A stretch of 64,000 nt of DNA, taken from Bradymonadia bacterium (GTDB taxonomy: Bacteria; Myxococcota_A; Bradymonadia; UBA7976; UBA1532). The stretch covers positions 12,636 to 76,635 of the forward strand of contig JBKAGE010000051.1 of the NCBI GenBank assembly GCA_046290225.1, given 5' to 3'. Positions within the stretch are counted from its first letter, which is position 1. The number at the start of each line of letters is the position of its first letter. The notes beneath the pieces were generated by a model. That model was not told the origin of the DNA and did no database searches. It was given only the letters and a program-made list of their open reading frames with translations. This document shows positions 47,405-60,014 of this stretch, one piece after another. The position numbers and the translations under genes were made by a program.

Positions 47405-49204
47405 ATGGCGAGAGGCAACAGCGCGCTGCACGGTTGGGCCGTGGCGGTTGCACTGTGTTCGATCACACTCTGTGCGGGTTGTAGCAGCCCTGACTCTTCG
47501 GGCAACACACCGCCGGTGGCCAACGCCGGTGCAGACATCACCACCGCCCTCTCCGAGGACGGCGCTTCGGTGATGCTCGACGGGGCCCAGAGCTACGATC
47601 CAGATGGAGACGACATCCTCTTCAACTGGTCCCTCATCGAGGGCCCGACCCAGCCAGACTGGTCTTTCGAGGATCGAGGGCTCGACTACTTCGAAGTGGT
47701 CTTGCGCCGACCAGGGCTCTACGTCTTCGAGCTTCAGGTAGAAGACGCTTCAGGGGTGATGGCGAGCGATCTGGTGAACGTGCAGGTGTCACCCTCTCTC
47801 GATGCTGGCCCGCCTGATGCTGAGGTGCCCGATGCCGAGGTGCCCGATGTCGAGGTGCCCGATGTCGAGGTGCCCGACATGGAGCCCGAGGACATGGGGT
47901 TGCCCGATGACATGGGCCCCGACGCAGCGCCGACGAACCAGGCGCCACAGGCTGTGGCAGAAGCCGAGCCCCAGCGGCTTGCTGTGGGTCAGACCGTGGC
48001 CCTCTCCGCCCTCGGGTCGACCGATGATGGCCTTGGCGGTGAGCTGAGCCACCGCTGGCGTTTGATCTCCGCGCCCTTCGGCGTACAGGCCCAGTTCGAT
48101 GATCCCGGTGATGTGGCCGAGACCTCCTTCTCGCCTCTGGCCCCTGGCCGGTACACCTTCGAAGTGCAGGTGGCCGACGCAGACTTCGAAGATCGAACCA
48201 CCGTTTCGTTCTACGTCACCGGCGCTTCGGCCTACGCGCTGGTCCCCGAGACCCGCTCTGTGTGGCCTGTAGACGCCAGCACCGGCTTGACGACTAACCC
48301 CCCTGTGCAGTGGGGCGGTGGTGGTGAGCCTCTTATGCTCGCAGCCCGAGCGGGTGTGCTCTACGTCATCACTGCGCCCACCGAGGTGAGCCCCGGCACG
48401 CTCCTGGTCCTCGCACCCGGGCGGCCCGAGGTGCGCCGGGCATTGCCCCGCAACGCCATCGTCACCGGGCTGTACCCCACGGTGACCGGGGTGTGGATCG
48501 TGCTGTCGAACAGCCCCCTCATGTGGTTCACCGATCCACTGGGCAGCTTGAGCTTGCAGCCCGTGGCCGTGCCGGAGAACTACCCCAACGGTGGCGGCTT
48601 CGCTGCTGAAGGCAACGGCGCCTGGATGTCATCCACCTTCTCCGATGCCGCAGTGCTCCGCCTCGACGCCATCACCCGCAGCTTCGAGACCGTCGCCGTC
48701 GATACGGCGAACCGATGCAACCCTCGAGATCTGGCCGTAGACGACACCTGGCTCTACCTGGCCTGTCGCAATCAGGGGGCCGTGGCACGTGTGCCTCGGG
48801 ATTTCGAAGGCGCCCTGGAGTGGTCCAGCGCCATCACCGCGGGCAACCTCGGTCAGCGGGCAGAGCAGATGGTCCTCGTCGACGACGTGGTGGTGGTCCG
48901 CCACAACAATGGCGATCGCCTCAGTTTGATCCCCATCGAGCGTTTCGACCTTCCGGAAGATGATCCCGAGCGGTTCCCCGGAGCGCTGCCTTCGGTGATG
49001 CTTTCGGGGACCCCCATCGACATCTTCACCGGTGATGGGCAAGCCCATGTGCTGGTGCGCCGACCTGATGGATCGACGGGGCTCGACGTCTTCGAGCCTG
49101 GGTCTCCAGAGACCCTTCGGGCCCTCAGCTTGACCCCCACTGGGGTGACCGATCTGGTCATAGATGCCGCCGAGGACCCGAATTTCGCCCTGGATCCCCT
49201 TTGA
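47405..49204 (+). CDS. Lipoprotein with two PKD/Ig-like domains and a C-terminal beta-propeller-like region
   Basis: CAGC lipobox; NTPPVANAG..LDGAQSYDPDGD, GLYVFEL, GRYTFEVQV; DAEVP linker repeats. Start uncertain. Confidence 0.75.
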   Translation: MARGNSALHGWAVAVALCSITLCAGCSSPDSSGNTPPVANAGADITTALSEDGASVMLDGAQSYDPDGDDILFNWSLIEGPTQPDWSFEDRGLDYFEVVLRRPGLYVFELQVEDASGVMASDLVNVQVSPSLDAGPPDAEVPDAEVPDVEVPDVEVPDMEPEDMGLPDDMGPDAAPTNQAPQAVAEAEPQRLAVGQTVALSALGSTDDGLGGELSHRWRLISAPFGVQAQFDDPGDVAETSFSPLAPGRYTFEVQVADADFEDRTTVSFYVTGASAYALVPETRSVWPVDASTGLTTNPPVQWGGGGEPLMLAARAGVLYVITAPTEVSPGTLLVLAPGRPEVRRALPRNAIVTGLYPTVTGVWIVLSNSPLMWFTDPLGSLSLQPVAVPENYPNGGGFAAEGNGAWMSSTFSDAAVLRLDAITRSFETVAVDTANRCNPRDLAVDDTWLYLACRNQGAVARVPRDFEGALEWSSAITAGNLGQRAEQMVLVDDVVVVRHNNGDRLSLIPIERFDLPEDDPERFPGALPSVMLSGTPIDIFTGDGQAHVLVRRPDGSTGLDVFEPGSPETLRALSLTPTGVTDLVIDAAEDPNFALDPL

Positions 49205-49318
49205 TTTTGAATGGTTCTCATCAGAACGGCCCATCGATCGGGGATGTTGACACTCTCTTCGAGGCCCCGATAGGCTTCGAGCAACATCTCGAATTGCCTC
49301 TAAGGACGGCCAGCAAAG

Positions 49319-51355
49319 ATGAACACTGGGCAGACCTCCCCCAATCGTAAGTCGCCTCACCGTTCAGGGCTGCCCAAGGCAGCCCCGCCTTACAAGCTCC
49401 TCGGCCTGTGTGCCGTGATGATCGCCGCCACGGCGGTGGGCTTCGTCGGGTGTGACGATGATGACTCTGAGCCCGCCGTCGATCCGGCCCCCGACATCGT
49501 CGTCACTGCTGATTTTCAGTGCACGCTCGGGGCCAACTACTTGCCGGTGACCACCCGGGAAGAGATCCAGACGGCCGAATTGATCACCACCTTCGTGACG
49601 GTAGAGGGCCGGGATCCGGCACAGCCGAATACGTTGATGACCGATGGCACGCCCATCGATCTCTTCGTGGCTGATGCCAACGGCGAGCAGGTCACTGCGG
49701 CGGGCTCCTTCGTATCGTCGCCATCGCCCATCGAGGCGGTGAGTGACGGGCTGACCCTGGTGACGGGTCGTACGACCGACGAGTTCTACTGCATCCAAGA
49801 GGGGGTCTTCTGGCTCTTCGCCAGCACGGACGAGTACGCAGGGCTCACGGAGCCTCTGCGCAGCCGCCGTGGTTTTCCCGTGCGGTGTGTGAGCCGGGCG
49901 GAGTGGCGTTGTCAGTGTGAGGATGACTGCTCAGAGGTCGACGTAGACGCCGGACCCGACGCCGCCCTCGACATGGGCGTCATCGATTCGGATGCGGGCG
50001 ACATGATGCCCGATGCCGAGCTGCCCACCCTCACCCTCAACTATGACTCGCCTGCCGCCGACGAGCTCGAGATCGGCATTCGAGGCTCGTTCCGCGAAGG
50101 TCGGGGCGACAACGTGATCCTCACCTTCAAGGTGGCTGAGGGCGGCGCAGTGCCTACGAGCCCGGTCACGGTGGACTTCACCCTGGCGCCTGACTCCCCC
50201 AGTGACATTCAGCTGCAGCCGGCAACCGTAGTGGCCGACGCTGACGGGTTTGCTCGGGTGCGGGTGACCGCAGGGGTGACCCCTGGCGTCACTGCGGTGG
50301 TGGCCACGGCCACTCAGGGCGCCCAGAGCGAGACCCGGACCAGCCCCACCATCTCCATCCGCGGGGGCATCCCCAGCCATCGTGGGTTCACCTTCGTGTG
50401 CAACCAGTCGGTGATCCCCTCGTTCTTGCGCCGGGCGCCTGCCACCTGGCCCATGAGCCTCATTCCCGAGGCTGCCGAGTGCACCGTGCTGCTCTCGGAC
50501 CGCCTCGGCGGCGTCATCGACGAGCCCACCCAGGTGTTCTACCTTTCTGAGGCGGGCAACGTGGAGCAGGCGGTGCCCACCGACAATCAGGGGCTCAGCG
50601 TAACCAAGTTCGGGGCCAGCGAGCCGCCGCCGGACGACTTCCTGAACCCGGGCATCTTCGATCCACAAGACGGCCTGGCCACGCTCGTGGCCATCACCCG
50701 AGGTGAAGAGGAGTTCACCGACAACAACGCCAATGGCGTGTACGATCCCGGCGAGCCCCTCGTGGATCTCCCGGAGCCCTTCGTCGACTCCAACGACAAC
50801 GGCGTGCACGACTTCGGTGAGCTCTACCGGGACACCAACGGTGACGGCATGTGGAACCCCGCCAACATGCAGTGGGACAACAACATCGAGATCTGGCGCT
50901 CCACCAAGATTCTGCTCACGGGCGATCTCTCCCCTGTGACCAGTCGGGTCGACATTGATTGCGCCAACGGCCTGTGCAGCAACCGCGCCGAGTTCGACGC
51001 CAGCTGCCCACCCGGGCTCGACTACTACCTCAACGATCTGGGTCGCCTCGACTTCACGATGTACCCCCTGGACGACAACAGCAACTGTGTGCTCGGCAGC
51101 GTCGATGTAGAGAGCGATCTCAATGACTTGCGGATCGCACCGGGCATCATGGAGTCCTTCGACATCACCCCCGATGATTGCTTCCAGAATGGCCAGCCCG
51201 GCGGGAGCGCCTTCAACTTCTCTCTCATCGACGGCTCACAGAGAGAGCCGGGAGACGAGATCGAGGTCGGCGAAGTCAACATCACTCTGACCTACCGCCG
51301 CTCCACGGGTGAGCAGGTGACCGAGAACTACATCTACAGCGTCTGCCTCCCCTGA
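49319..51355 (+). CDS. Lipoprotein with Ig-like (Big-1/invasin-like) domains and DxNxNG Ca-binding repeats
   Basis: FVGC lipobox; DADGFARVRVTAG; GEEEFTDNNANG, DLPEPFVDSNDNG. Confidence 0.7.
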   Translation: MNTGQTSPNRKSPHRSGLPKAAPPYKLLGLCAVMIAATAVGFVGCDDDDSEPAVDPAPDIVVTADFQCTLGANYLPVTTREEIQTAELITTFVTVEGRDPAQPNTLMTDGTPIDLFVADANGEQVTAAGSFVSSPSPIEAVSDGLTLVTGRTTDEFYCIQEGVFWLFASTDEYAGLTEPLRSRRGFPVRCVSRAEWRCQCEDDCSEVDVDAGPDAALDMGVIDSDAGDMMPDAELPTLTLNYDSPAADELEIGIRGSFREGRGDNVILTFKVAEGGAVPTSPVTVDFTLAPDSPSDIQLQPATVVADADGFARVRVTAGVTPGVTAVVATATQGAQSETRTSPTISIRGGIPSHRGFTFVCNQSVIPSFLRRAPATWPMSLIPEAAECTVLLSDRLGGVIDEPTQVFYLSEAGNVEQAVPTDNQGLSVTKFGASEPPPDDFLNPGIFDPQDGLATLVAITRGEEEFTDNNANGVYDPGEPLVDLPEPFVDSNDNGVHDFGELYRDTNGDGMWNPANMQWDNNIEIWRSTKILLTGDLSPVTSRVDIDCANGLCSNRAEFDASCPPGLDYYLNDLGRLDFTMYPLDDNSNCVLGSVDVESDLNDLRIAPGIMESFDITPDDCFQNGQPGGSAFNFSLIDGSQREPGDEIEVGEVNITLTYRRSTGEQVTENYIYSVCLP

Positions 51356-51396
51356 CTTATTGCCCCGTAGGCCCTGGGGAGAGTAGTTTCCTCCCC

Positions 51397-52251
51397 GTGA
51401 GCACCACAAAGTCACCACCCCTCGACGGGCCCATCGGCATTTTCGACTCTGGTCTCGGCGGCCTGACGGTGGCCTCGGCCATTGCCGAGGTACGCCCCGG
51501 GCAGAGCCTGATCTACCTCGGAGACACGGCCCGTGTGCCGTATGGCAATCGCTCTCCCGCGACGGTGGTGCGGTATGCCCGAAACAATGTCGCCTTCTTG
51601 AAAGGTCACAAGGTGGGCCTGGTGGTGGTGGCCTGTAACACCGTCTCCGCCCAAGGGCTCGGTGGCCTGGTCGATGGTGATCCGACACCGGTGGTGGGGG
51701 TCATTCGTCCTGGCGCTCGGGCGGCGCTGCGAGCTTCCCGTGGCGGCGCCATCGCTGTCCTCGGCACTCGAGGTACGATTCGCTCTGATGCCTATCTGCA
51801 CGCCATCCACGAGCTCGATCCGGGCCGTGAGGTGATTCAGCTGCCGTGCCCGCTCTTCGTGCCCCTCGTGGAAGAAGGCTGGGCAGATCACGAGGTGACC
51901 CGCGCTGTGGTCGACACATATCTGGCACCTCTAAAGGGCACCGCTGTCGACACCATCATCCTTGGGTGTACCCACTATCCTCTGCTCAAGGGGGTGCTCC
52001 GCGCTGTTGTGGACGACGTGCTCGGCTCAGAGGTGGCGCTGGTCGACTCTGCCACCGCTGTGGCCGAGGTGGTGAGTGAGCTCGTACGGCCCGGCGACGT
52101 GGCGCTGGGTGAGCGGCGTTTCTTCGTGACCGACGAGCCGAGCAGGACTGCAGAGCTGGGGGCGCGCTTCTGGGCGTTGTCGAATGTCGAGGCCCGAGCT
52201 GCCATCGACTTCGAACATGTCGACGTGGAAGACCAGGGGAGGCAACGATGA
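51397..52251 (+). CDS. murI: Glutamate racemase
   Basis: IFDSGLGGLTV, PYG, VACNT, LGCTHYP. Confidence 0.96.
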   Translation: MSTTKSPPLDGPIGIFDSGLGGLTVASAIAEVRPGQSLIYLGDTARVPYGNRSPATVVRYARNNVAFLKGHKVGLVVVACNTVSAQGLGGLVDGDPTPVVGVIRPGARAALRASRGGAIAVLGTRGTIRSDAYLHAIHELDPGREVIQLPCPLFVPLVEEGWADHEVTRAVVDTYLAPLKGTAVDTIILGCTHYPLLKGVLRAVVDDVLGSEVALVDSATAVAEVVSELVRPGDVALGERRFFVTDEPSRTAELGARFWALSNVEARAAIDFEHVDVEDQGRQR

Positions 52252-53045
52252 TCCTCGGGGTCAATCAGGATGTGCGCTACAAAGGCAAGACCTATCACAT
52301 CCAGACCGAAGACTCGGGGCCGGAGCCGCCGGTGATTCACACCCACATCTTCGTGGGCGGATCCATCGTCACCAGCCGTCGGATGGAATACGGCGAGGTG
52401 GTGGGGCATCCCGACATGGACGAGCAGGTCCGGTCGATGATGCGGGCCCAGCATCGAGAGGTGCACGACGCCCTGATCGCCGGCGAGCTCGACGACGTGC
52501 TCCGCAGCAAGGGGCCCAAGATCAGGGCAGACATCCCGCTGGCCCGTAATCGGGGCGGGAGCACACCTGCACCCAAGACCCCTGCACCTCAAAAATCACC
52601 TGTGGCGACCCCAGCGCCTGCAACCCCAGAGCCGTCGACCGCTGAGCCGTCGACCGCTGGGGCATCGACTCCAGAGCCATCGTCCTCTGGGCCCAAGCAG
52701 AGCCCGGCGCCCCAGGCCGACAAGACCGTCATCAACGTGCCCATCCCCGAAGAGGCTGCGCGTACGACGCTGATGCCGGCGCTCAATCTCGACGACATCG
52801 CCGCCAAGGCCCGTGCCGGGTTGCATCAGCGATTCGAAGAGGTGCTCTCCTCTGTGCTCGTCGACGCGCCTCCCGTGACACCCTCAGGGCCAGCTCGCGC
52901 CATGAACCAAGGGCCGTTGCCAAAGGCCCTCGACGCAGCCTCAGAGCATCAGAGTCCCCCAGAGTTCATCATCCCGATGCAAATCGGCGAGCCCATTGCC
53001 CCCATGATTCTGGTGTACCTCGCCGAGGACCTCGAAGATCTGTGA
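52248..53045 (+). CDS. Hypothetical protein with ordered N-terminal domain and Pro-rich linker
   Basis: GVNQDVRYKGKTYHIQTEDSG..THIF..QH; overlaps both murI and ftsE. Confidence 0.75.
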   Translation: MILGVNQDVRYKGKTYHIQTEDSGPEPPVIHTHIFVGGSIVTSRRMEYGEVVGHPDMDEQVRSMMRAQHREVHDALIAGELDDVLRSKGPKIRADIPLARNRGGSTPAPKTPAPQKSPVATPAPATPEPSTAEPSTAGASTPEPSSSGPKQSPAPQADKTVINVPIPEEAARTTLMPALNLDDIAAKARAGLHQRFEEVLSSVLVDAPPVTPSGPARAMNQGPLPKALDAASEHQSPPEFIIPMQIGEPIAPMILVYLAEDLEDL

Positions 53046-53848
53046 GCACCTCGGATCACGCTGACGGTTCGGCGCTCGACGAGTCGCCCCCCATCATCCA
53101 GATGTTCAACATCTCCATGAGCTATGGCGCAGATCACGTGGCCCTCTCGGAGGTGTCGCTGCACATCGATGCCGGCGACTTCGTGTGCTTGACCGGGCCC
53201 TCTGGCGCCGGGAAGACCACCCTGCTCAAGCTCCTGTTTTGCGCAGAGCTGCCCACCGAGGGTCACATCGTCATCGCCGGTCGCAACGTGCACCGCATAC
53301 GGCGCGGCTCGGTGCCGTATCTGCGACGGAACATCGGTGTGGTCTTCCAGGACTTCAAGTTGCTCACCCGACGGTCGATCTACGAAAACGTCGCCTTCGC
53401 GGCGCGGGTGATCGGCACACCGCCCAAAGTGATCGAGCGCAAGACGGTGAGCATCCTTCGGCAGGTGGGCCTCGGCGACAAACTCAGCGCCAAGCCCACC
53501 CACCTCTCTGGGGGAGAGCAGCAGCGGGTGGCCATCGCCCGAGCCCTGGTGAACGAGCCTCCGATCCTGCTCGCCGACGAACCCACAGGGAACCTCGATC
53601 CACGCCTCACCCTCGACATCATGCGGCTGCTCACCGAGATCAACGCCCGAGGCACCACTGTGGTGGTGGCCACCCACGATCCGTTGTTGCTCAATCACTT
53701 TGGCAAGCGCCGGATTGCCCTCGACGCCGGGCGCCTGGTGGAGGACGAGCGGCTCGCTGCGGCCTCGGCGGATCTCACCGAGCACATGCCGGACACCGAC
53801 GCCTTCTTCGCGAGCCTGAGGCGACCCGTCGAGGGGGTGAGCCCCTGA
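53042..53848 (+). CDS. ftsE: Cell division ATP-binding protein
   Basis: [39 protein letters not shown]; adjacent ftsX. Confidence 0.95.
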   Translation: MSTSDHADGSALDESPPIIQMFNISMSYGADHVALSEVSLHIDAGDFVCLTGPSGAGKTTLLKLLFCAELPTEGHIVIAGRNVHRIRRGSVPYLRRNIGVVFQDFKLLTRRSIYENVAFAARVIGTPPKVIERKTVSILRQVGLGDKLSAKPTHLSGGEQQRVAIARALVNEPPILLADEPTGNLDPRLTLDIMRLLTEINARGTTVVVATHDPLLLNHFGKRRIALDAGRLVEDERLAAASADLTEHMPDTDAFFASLRRPVEGVSP

Positions 53849-54777
53849 TGGCCTGGGCGCCTTACCAGTGGGGCTATCACGTACAGACAGCTCTACGGTC
53901 GATCAAGGCCACGCCGGTGATGCAGGCGGTGGCTGTGAGCACCATCGCCGTGGCGTTGCTGGTCCTCGGTGGGTTCTTGCTGCTGCTCGTCAATGTCGAG
54001 CGCCTGTCGCGGGACTGGGGCCAGGAGATCAAGGTGATCGCCTTCCTCGCCGAGGATGCCTCCGAGCAACGACTCGAGGAGATCAGAGCGCAGGTGGAGC
54101 AGTGGCCGGAGGTTGCTGCCGTACAGGTGAAGACGCGCCACGCCGCCCTCGCTGACTTCAAAGAGAGTCTCGGGGCAGACAAAGGCGTTTTGGATGGTGT
54201 TGATCCCTCGGTGATGCCTGCATCGGTGGAGCTGTCTCTCGAGCCTGAGCACAGAGATGAGGCTGGGCTGGCCGAGATGGCCGCCCGCCTGAGCGGCATC
54301 GACAGCCTCGGTGAGGTCGAGCAGGTGGTGTACGGCCGCACGCTGCTCGAGCGGATCAAGGCCCTCAGGGAGCTGCTGCGGATGGGTGGCATCGTGGTGG
54401 CCGTCTTTGTGCTGTTCGCCGTGGCCTTCATCATTTCGAACACCATTCGTCTGGGCCTGTACGCCCGCAGGGACGAGCTTGAGATCATGCAGCTCGTCGG
54501 CGCCACAGAAGGCTTCATCCGGGCACCCTACTACCTCGAAGGGGTGCTCCAAGGGTTGCTGGGCGCAGCCACGGGGATCGTGCTTCTCTGGGCTGTGTTC
54601 ATGATGCTCGCCCCTGGAGAGCAGGCCGTCGTGGATCTGCAGCTCGGGCGGATCAAGGTCTACTTTCTCGACCGCTGGCTCATCGCCGCCCTCTTCGCCG
54701 GCGGCGCAGCGCTCGGCGCCCTGGCCAGTCACGTCTCCGTAAACCGCTTCCTTCGTGCTCGGGAGCCCCTCGATTGA
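53848..54777 (+). CDS. ftsX: Cell division permease
   Basis: Four TM segments; IISNTIRL..RRDELEIMQLVGAT..IRAPY..EG. Confidence 0.93.
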   Translation: MAWAPYQWGYHVQTALRSIKATPVMQAVAVSTIAVALLVLGGFLLLLVNVERLSRDWGQEIKVIAFLAEDASEQRLEEIRAQVEQWPEVAAVQVKTRHAALADFKESLGADKGVLDGVDPSVMPASVELSLEPEHRDEAGLAEMAARLSGIDSLGEVEQVVYGRTLLERIKALRELLRMGGIVVAVFVLFAVAFIISNTIRLGLYARRDELEIMQLVGATEGFIRAPYYLEGVLQGLLGAATGIVLLWAVFMMLAPGEQAVVDLQLGRIKVYFLDRWLIAALFAGGAALGALASHVSVNRFLRAREPLD

Positions 54778-55910
54778 GGCGCTCGTCTCTCATAGAGGCG
54801 TGGGTGATCCTGACCATCGTGGTGTCGTGCCCCATGGGGTGGTCGTCGAGGGGCATCGCCGAGGCGCAGAGCCCGCAGCAACCCCTCGTCGACATGCGTC
54901 TCAAGGCCATGATGGCCCGCGAAGATCAGCTCGCCGATGCCATGGAGGCCCTCGATCGAGAGATCATCGACGCGTTGCAGGCGGGAGAAGCGCTGGAGAA
55001 GAAAGCGAGCACCGCAGAGGCGGCCCTCGTCGACGTCTCCGATCGGCTCACTGCGCTCAGCGCCCGGGTCACTGTGAAGCGGGCGCGGCTCAAGAGGCGT
55101 CTGAGGGCCCGTCATCAGGTGGGGCAGGCAGGCTTGCTCAAGGTGTTGCTCAGCGCCGAAGGTCCCACGGAGATCGTGCGTCGCCAGAGTCACTTGGAGC
55201 GTGTCGTGGCCCATGATCTGGCTCTGATGAGCAGCCTCTCTGCTGATGAGCGCGCCCTCGCCGAGGCTCAGCGGGAGCGGCAAGGGCGCCTCGACGAGCT
55301 TGCCGCTGTGGGCGAGGCCCGCCAGCAACATTCGCAAAGCCTCGAGGCCGCCCGCCGACTCAAGAGTCGTGCTGTGGACCGTATTCGCCGAGAGCGGCGG
55401 CTCATGCGACAGTTGGTGCGTCAACAGCAGAGGGCCCGCGCTCAGCTGCCCCGTGGTCTCATGAACACCCCCGGCCAGGTGGTGGGTGACGGCATGGCCG
55501 CCGAGGCCGGGCGACTGCTCTGGCCGGTGGTCGGCGAGGTGTCCCGTGGATTTGGACCCCAGGTGGATGCCACCCTGGGCACGCGCACCGTCTCCAAAGG
55601 CTGGGAGATCGTCGCCGCCGCACGTGCCCCCGTCCGTGCTGTTTATGCCGGGACTGTGGTCTATGCTGGGTGGTACAAAGGTTTCGGAAACCTGGTCATG
55701 CTCGATCATGGAGATCGTCACCACACGCTCTATGCCCACCTCGCCGTGGTGAACCAGGCGAAAGGGGCTCGGGTGGAACAAGGTGACATCATCGGGCATG
55801 TGGGTGACACAGCCTCACTGAGAGGGCCGATGCTCTACTTTGAAATCAGAGGCCATGGCGAGGCCCTCGACCCTGCTGCGTGGTTGCGGCCGATCGCAGG
55901 TGAGCCATGA
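54774..55910 (+). CDS. envC: EnvC-like murein hydrolase activator (coiled coil + degenerate M23)
   Basis: Coiled coil; WPVVG, YAHL, LYFEIR; follows ftsEX. Confidence 0.85.
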   Translation: MRRSSLIEAWVILTIVVSCPMGWSSRGIAEAQSPQQPLVDMRLKAMMAREDQLADAMEALDREIIDALQAGEALEKKASTAEAALVDVSDRLTALSARVTVKRARLKRRLRARHQVGQAGLLKVLLSAEGPTEIVRRQSHLERVVAHDLALMSSLSADERALAEAQRERQGRLDELAAVGEARQQHSQSLEAARRLKSRAVDRIRRERRLMRQLVRQQQRARAQLPRGLMNTPGQVVGDGMAAEAGRLLWPVVGEVSRGFGPQVDATLGTRTVSKGWEIVAAARAPVRAVYAGTVVYAGWYKGFGNLVMLDHGDRHHTLYAHLAVVNQAKGARVEQGDIIGHVGDTASLRGPMLYFEIRGHGEALDPAAWLRPIAGEP

Positions 55911-57052
55911 GCCGTTCGGGGATCGCCACGGGCTTCGTGTGTGGTCTGCTGTGCGGCGGCCTCGCCGTAGGCGCCATCGCTGGAGACAGTCGAGACGATC
56001 GCTCCGAGGCGGCGTACGTGGGCATGGATCTGCTCCTCGACGTACGAGGACACATTCACAGCCACCATCTCTCGCTGCCCGAAGAGCAGGCGCTGTGGAT
56101 GGGCGCCGCCGAGGGCATGATGCAGACCCTCGATCCGTACAGCGAGTTTCTCGATCCCGCGCGTTACACCGCCTTCAAGGCAGAGGCCGAAGGGCGATAC
56201 GCGGGCATCGGCCTTGAGGTCAGGCTGCGGGGGGGTCGCCACCACATCGTCTCTGTTCTGCCTGGAGGGCCTGCCGCAGACTCGGGCCTGCAACAGGGCG
56301 ACGTCATCACCCACCTCGGAGAGATCTCTGTCGAGGGCTGGAGCATCGACACGCTCATCGAAGAGATCAGAGGTCCTGTGGGCAGCGCAGTCACCCTCAC
56401 CGTGCGTCGAGGAGAGAAAGCGCGTCAGCTCGAGCTCACCCGGGCGGAGATTGAGTTGCCCGCCGTAGAGGTGCACTGGCCCGACGAAGACATCCTCACC
56501 CTGCGACTCCGGGCGTTTCAGCGCGGCACCGCAGAGGCCGTCACCGACGCCGTGGAAGAGGCCCTCGAGAGCGAGCAGCCCCCCAAAGCGGTGATCCTCG
56601 ATTTGCGCGGCAACCCCGGTGGCTTGCTCGAGGAGGCCGTCGCCGTGGCTGATGTGTGCCTCGACGAGGGGGCCGTGGTCATCACCCGGCGGCGAGGGGC
56701 TCAGCCCACCCAGCGCTCGGCAAAATCTGGGGGGGTGTTGAGCGCCATGCCCCTGGTGGTGATCGTCGACGAGGCCAGCGCCAGCGCCAGCGAGATCGTC
56801 GCCGGCGCGCTGCAAGATCACCGCCGCGCCGTCGTCATGGGCAAGAAGACCTTTGGCAAAGGCACGGTTCAGTCGATCTATCCTGTAGGCGAGGCCTCGG
56901 CGGCGAAGATCACCGTGGCCCGGTACCTGACCCCCAACGGGCGGCCGATCGATGGTGTGGGTGTCACCCCTGACGTCGAGGTCCCTGCATCTGGAGACGC
57001 GATCAAAGTGGCTGTGGAGCACCTGCGACAGCGCCGAGGAGGCAAGGGGTGA
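55907..57052 (+). CDS. S41 family C-terminal processing peptidase (PDZ)
   Basis: LDPYS, GIG, DLRGNPGG, SASASEI, TFGKG. Confidence 0.92.
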   Translation: MSRSGIATGFVCGLLCGGLAVGAIAGDSRDDRSEAAYVGMDLLLDVRGHIHSHHLSLPEEQALWMGAAEGMMQTLDPYSEFLDPARYTAFKAEAEGRYAGIGLEVRLRGGRHHIVSVLPGGPAADSGLQQGDVITHLGEISVEGWSIDTLIEEIRGPVGSAVTLTVRRGEKARQLELTRAEIELPAVEVHWPDEDILTLRLRAFQRGTAEAVTDAVEEALESEQPPKAVILDLRGNPGGLLEEAVAVADVCLDEGAVVITRRRGAQPTQRSAKSGGVLSAMPLVVIVDEASASASEIVAGALQDHRRAVVMGKKTFGKGTVQSIYPVGEASAAKITVARYLTPNGRPIDGVGVTPDVEVPASGDAIKVAVEHLRQRRGGKG

Positions 57053-58086
57053 GCGCACGCTGGCCGATCGTCATCGCAGCGGTGTGCGGTGGTGCTCTGG
57101 TGATGGGTCTCCAGGCATGGCTGGGCCCGTTTTCTGAAGACGCCAGCACGGGCCAGGCCGGCGCCAGCGCCCCTGCTGTGCCCGTGACCCCACCCCCGCC
57201 CGATCCGGGGGATCCCAGCGCCGCCGTGCGGCTGGTGGAGGGGGTGCTTGAGGGGGCCCATGTCCCCAGCGGGTCGATCAGCAGGGGACTCTACCCGCTT
57301 CATGGCCCTGATCGGCCACAGAGCGCCACACTGCCCCTCGTGAGCTTCACGTGCCCTCAGAGTCCCCGGTGTGGCGTGATCCTCGACGAGTTGAGCCGAC
57401 GCGCCCCTGCTGCGGGGCTCACCGTCACCGCGCCTCTCGGTGGCGATCGACCTGATCGACCCCGGTATCGAGCATTCTTCGACGGCGAGCGGCCCACCCT
57501 CGCCCTCAGAGCGTATCCACCAGGGCCTCGCCTCGCCGTGGTGCGTCTCGGCACAGCCGGCGGGCACGAACGGCACCCTCACGTGACCTTCGCCCTTCGT
57601 CCGGATCGCCCGGAGGGCCCCGAGCAGGCCCTCGACCTCATGGCCCGCGAGCGGGAGGTCTGGGTGGCGTTGCCCCCCGTGCCGCCCGAGGCCCACCTGA
57701 CCGAAGGGCTCAGTACGTGGCTGTCACAGGGGGCCGCCGGGGTGATGCTGTCCGCTGATGTCGACATCGACATGGACGCTGCACCCTGGATCCGTTTCGC
57801 CCGGGCCCTCAAACGCGAGGGGGCGCCGTTTCTCGAAGAGCCGGGCGGCGCGGGCTTCGATTTGCGCACCTTGTCCATCCGAGGCAGGCGGTTCACCCAC
57901 TTGCTCGATCCCGACGCTGACCTCGAAGGTCAGCTCAAGGCCATCGAGGCCTCCATGGTCCTCGACGGCGAGGTTGTCGTGGTCGTACCCGACGATGCAC
58001 AGGCCTGGACCACCGTCTCTCAGTGGCTCTCAGGCCTCACTCGGGCGGGCACCCGCCTGTTCCGTCTGTCCGAAATGGTGCGCTGA
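57049..58086 (+). CDS. Membrane-anchored protein, possibly a degenerate divergent polysaccharide deacetylase (YibQ-like)
   Basis: N-terminal TM; position after envC-S41; VTFAL, EVWVALP and terminal LSEMV resemble the family. Confidence 0.5.
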   Translation: MSARWPIVIAAVCGGALVMGLQAWLGPFSEDASTGQAGASAPAVPVTPPPPDPGDPSAAVRLVEGVLEGAHVPSGSISRGLYPLHGPDRPQSATLPLVSFTCPQSPRCGVILDELSRRAPAAGLTVTAPLGGDRPDRPRYRAFFDGERPTLALRAYPPGPRLAVVRLGTAGGHERHPHVTFALRPDRPEGPEQALDLMAREREVWVALPPVPPEAHLTEGLSTWLSQGAAGVMLSADVDIDMDAAPWIRFARALKREGAPFLEEPGGAGFDLRTLSIRGRRFTHLLDPDADLEGQLKAIEASMVLDGEVVVVVPDDAQAWTTVSQWLSGLTRAGTRLFRLSEMVR

Positions 58087-58199
58087 CCAGGGCGATCAAC
58101 GTGCGATCTCACGCAGCTACGCCTTGGCAGATGGATGGGCGCTATGTTACAGCAAGTGCGTTGTAGTGAACCTGCTACCCGGAGAGCGGAGATCCCTCC

Positions 58200-60003
<1,804 letters not shown>

Positions 60004-60014
<11 letters not shown>

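Noticed and set aside
6599..53847. Apparent fusions or long N-terminal extensions in the ORF track (6599..8086, 17647..19458, 19901..22564, 33694..36009, 45631..47544, 53185..54777)
   Set aside because: The extensions overlap neighbouring real genes; internal starts with coupling, RBS or signal peptides fit better.
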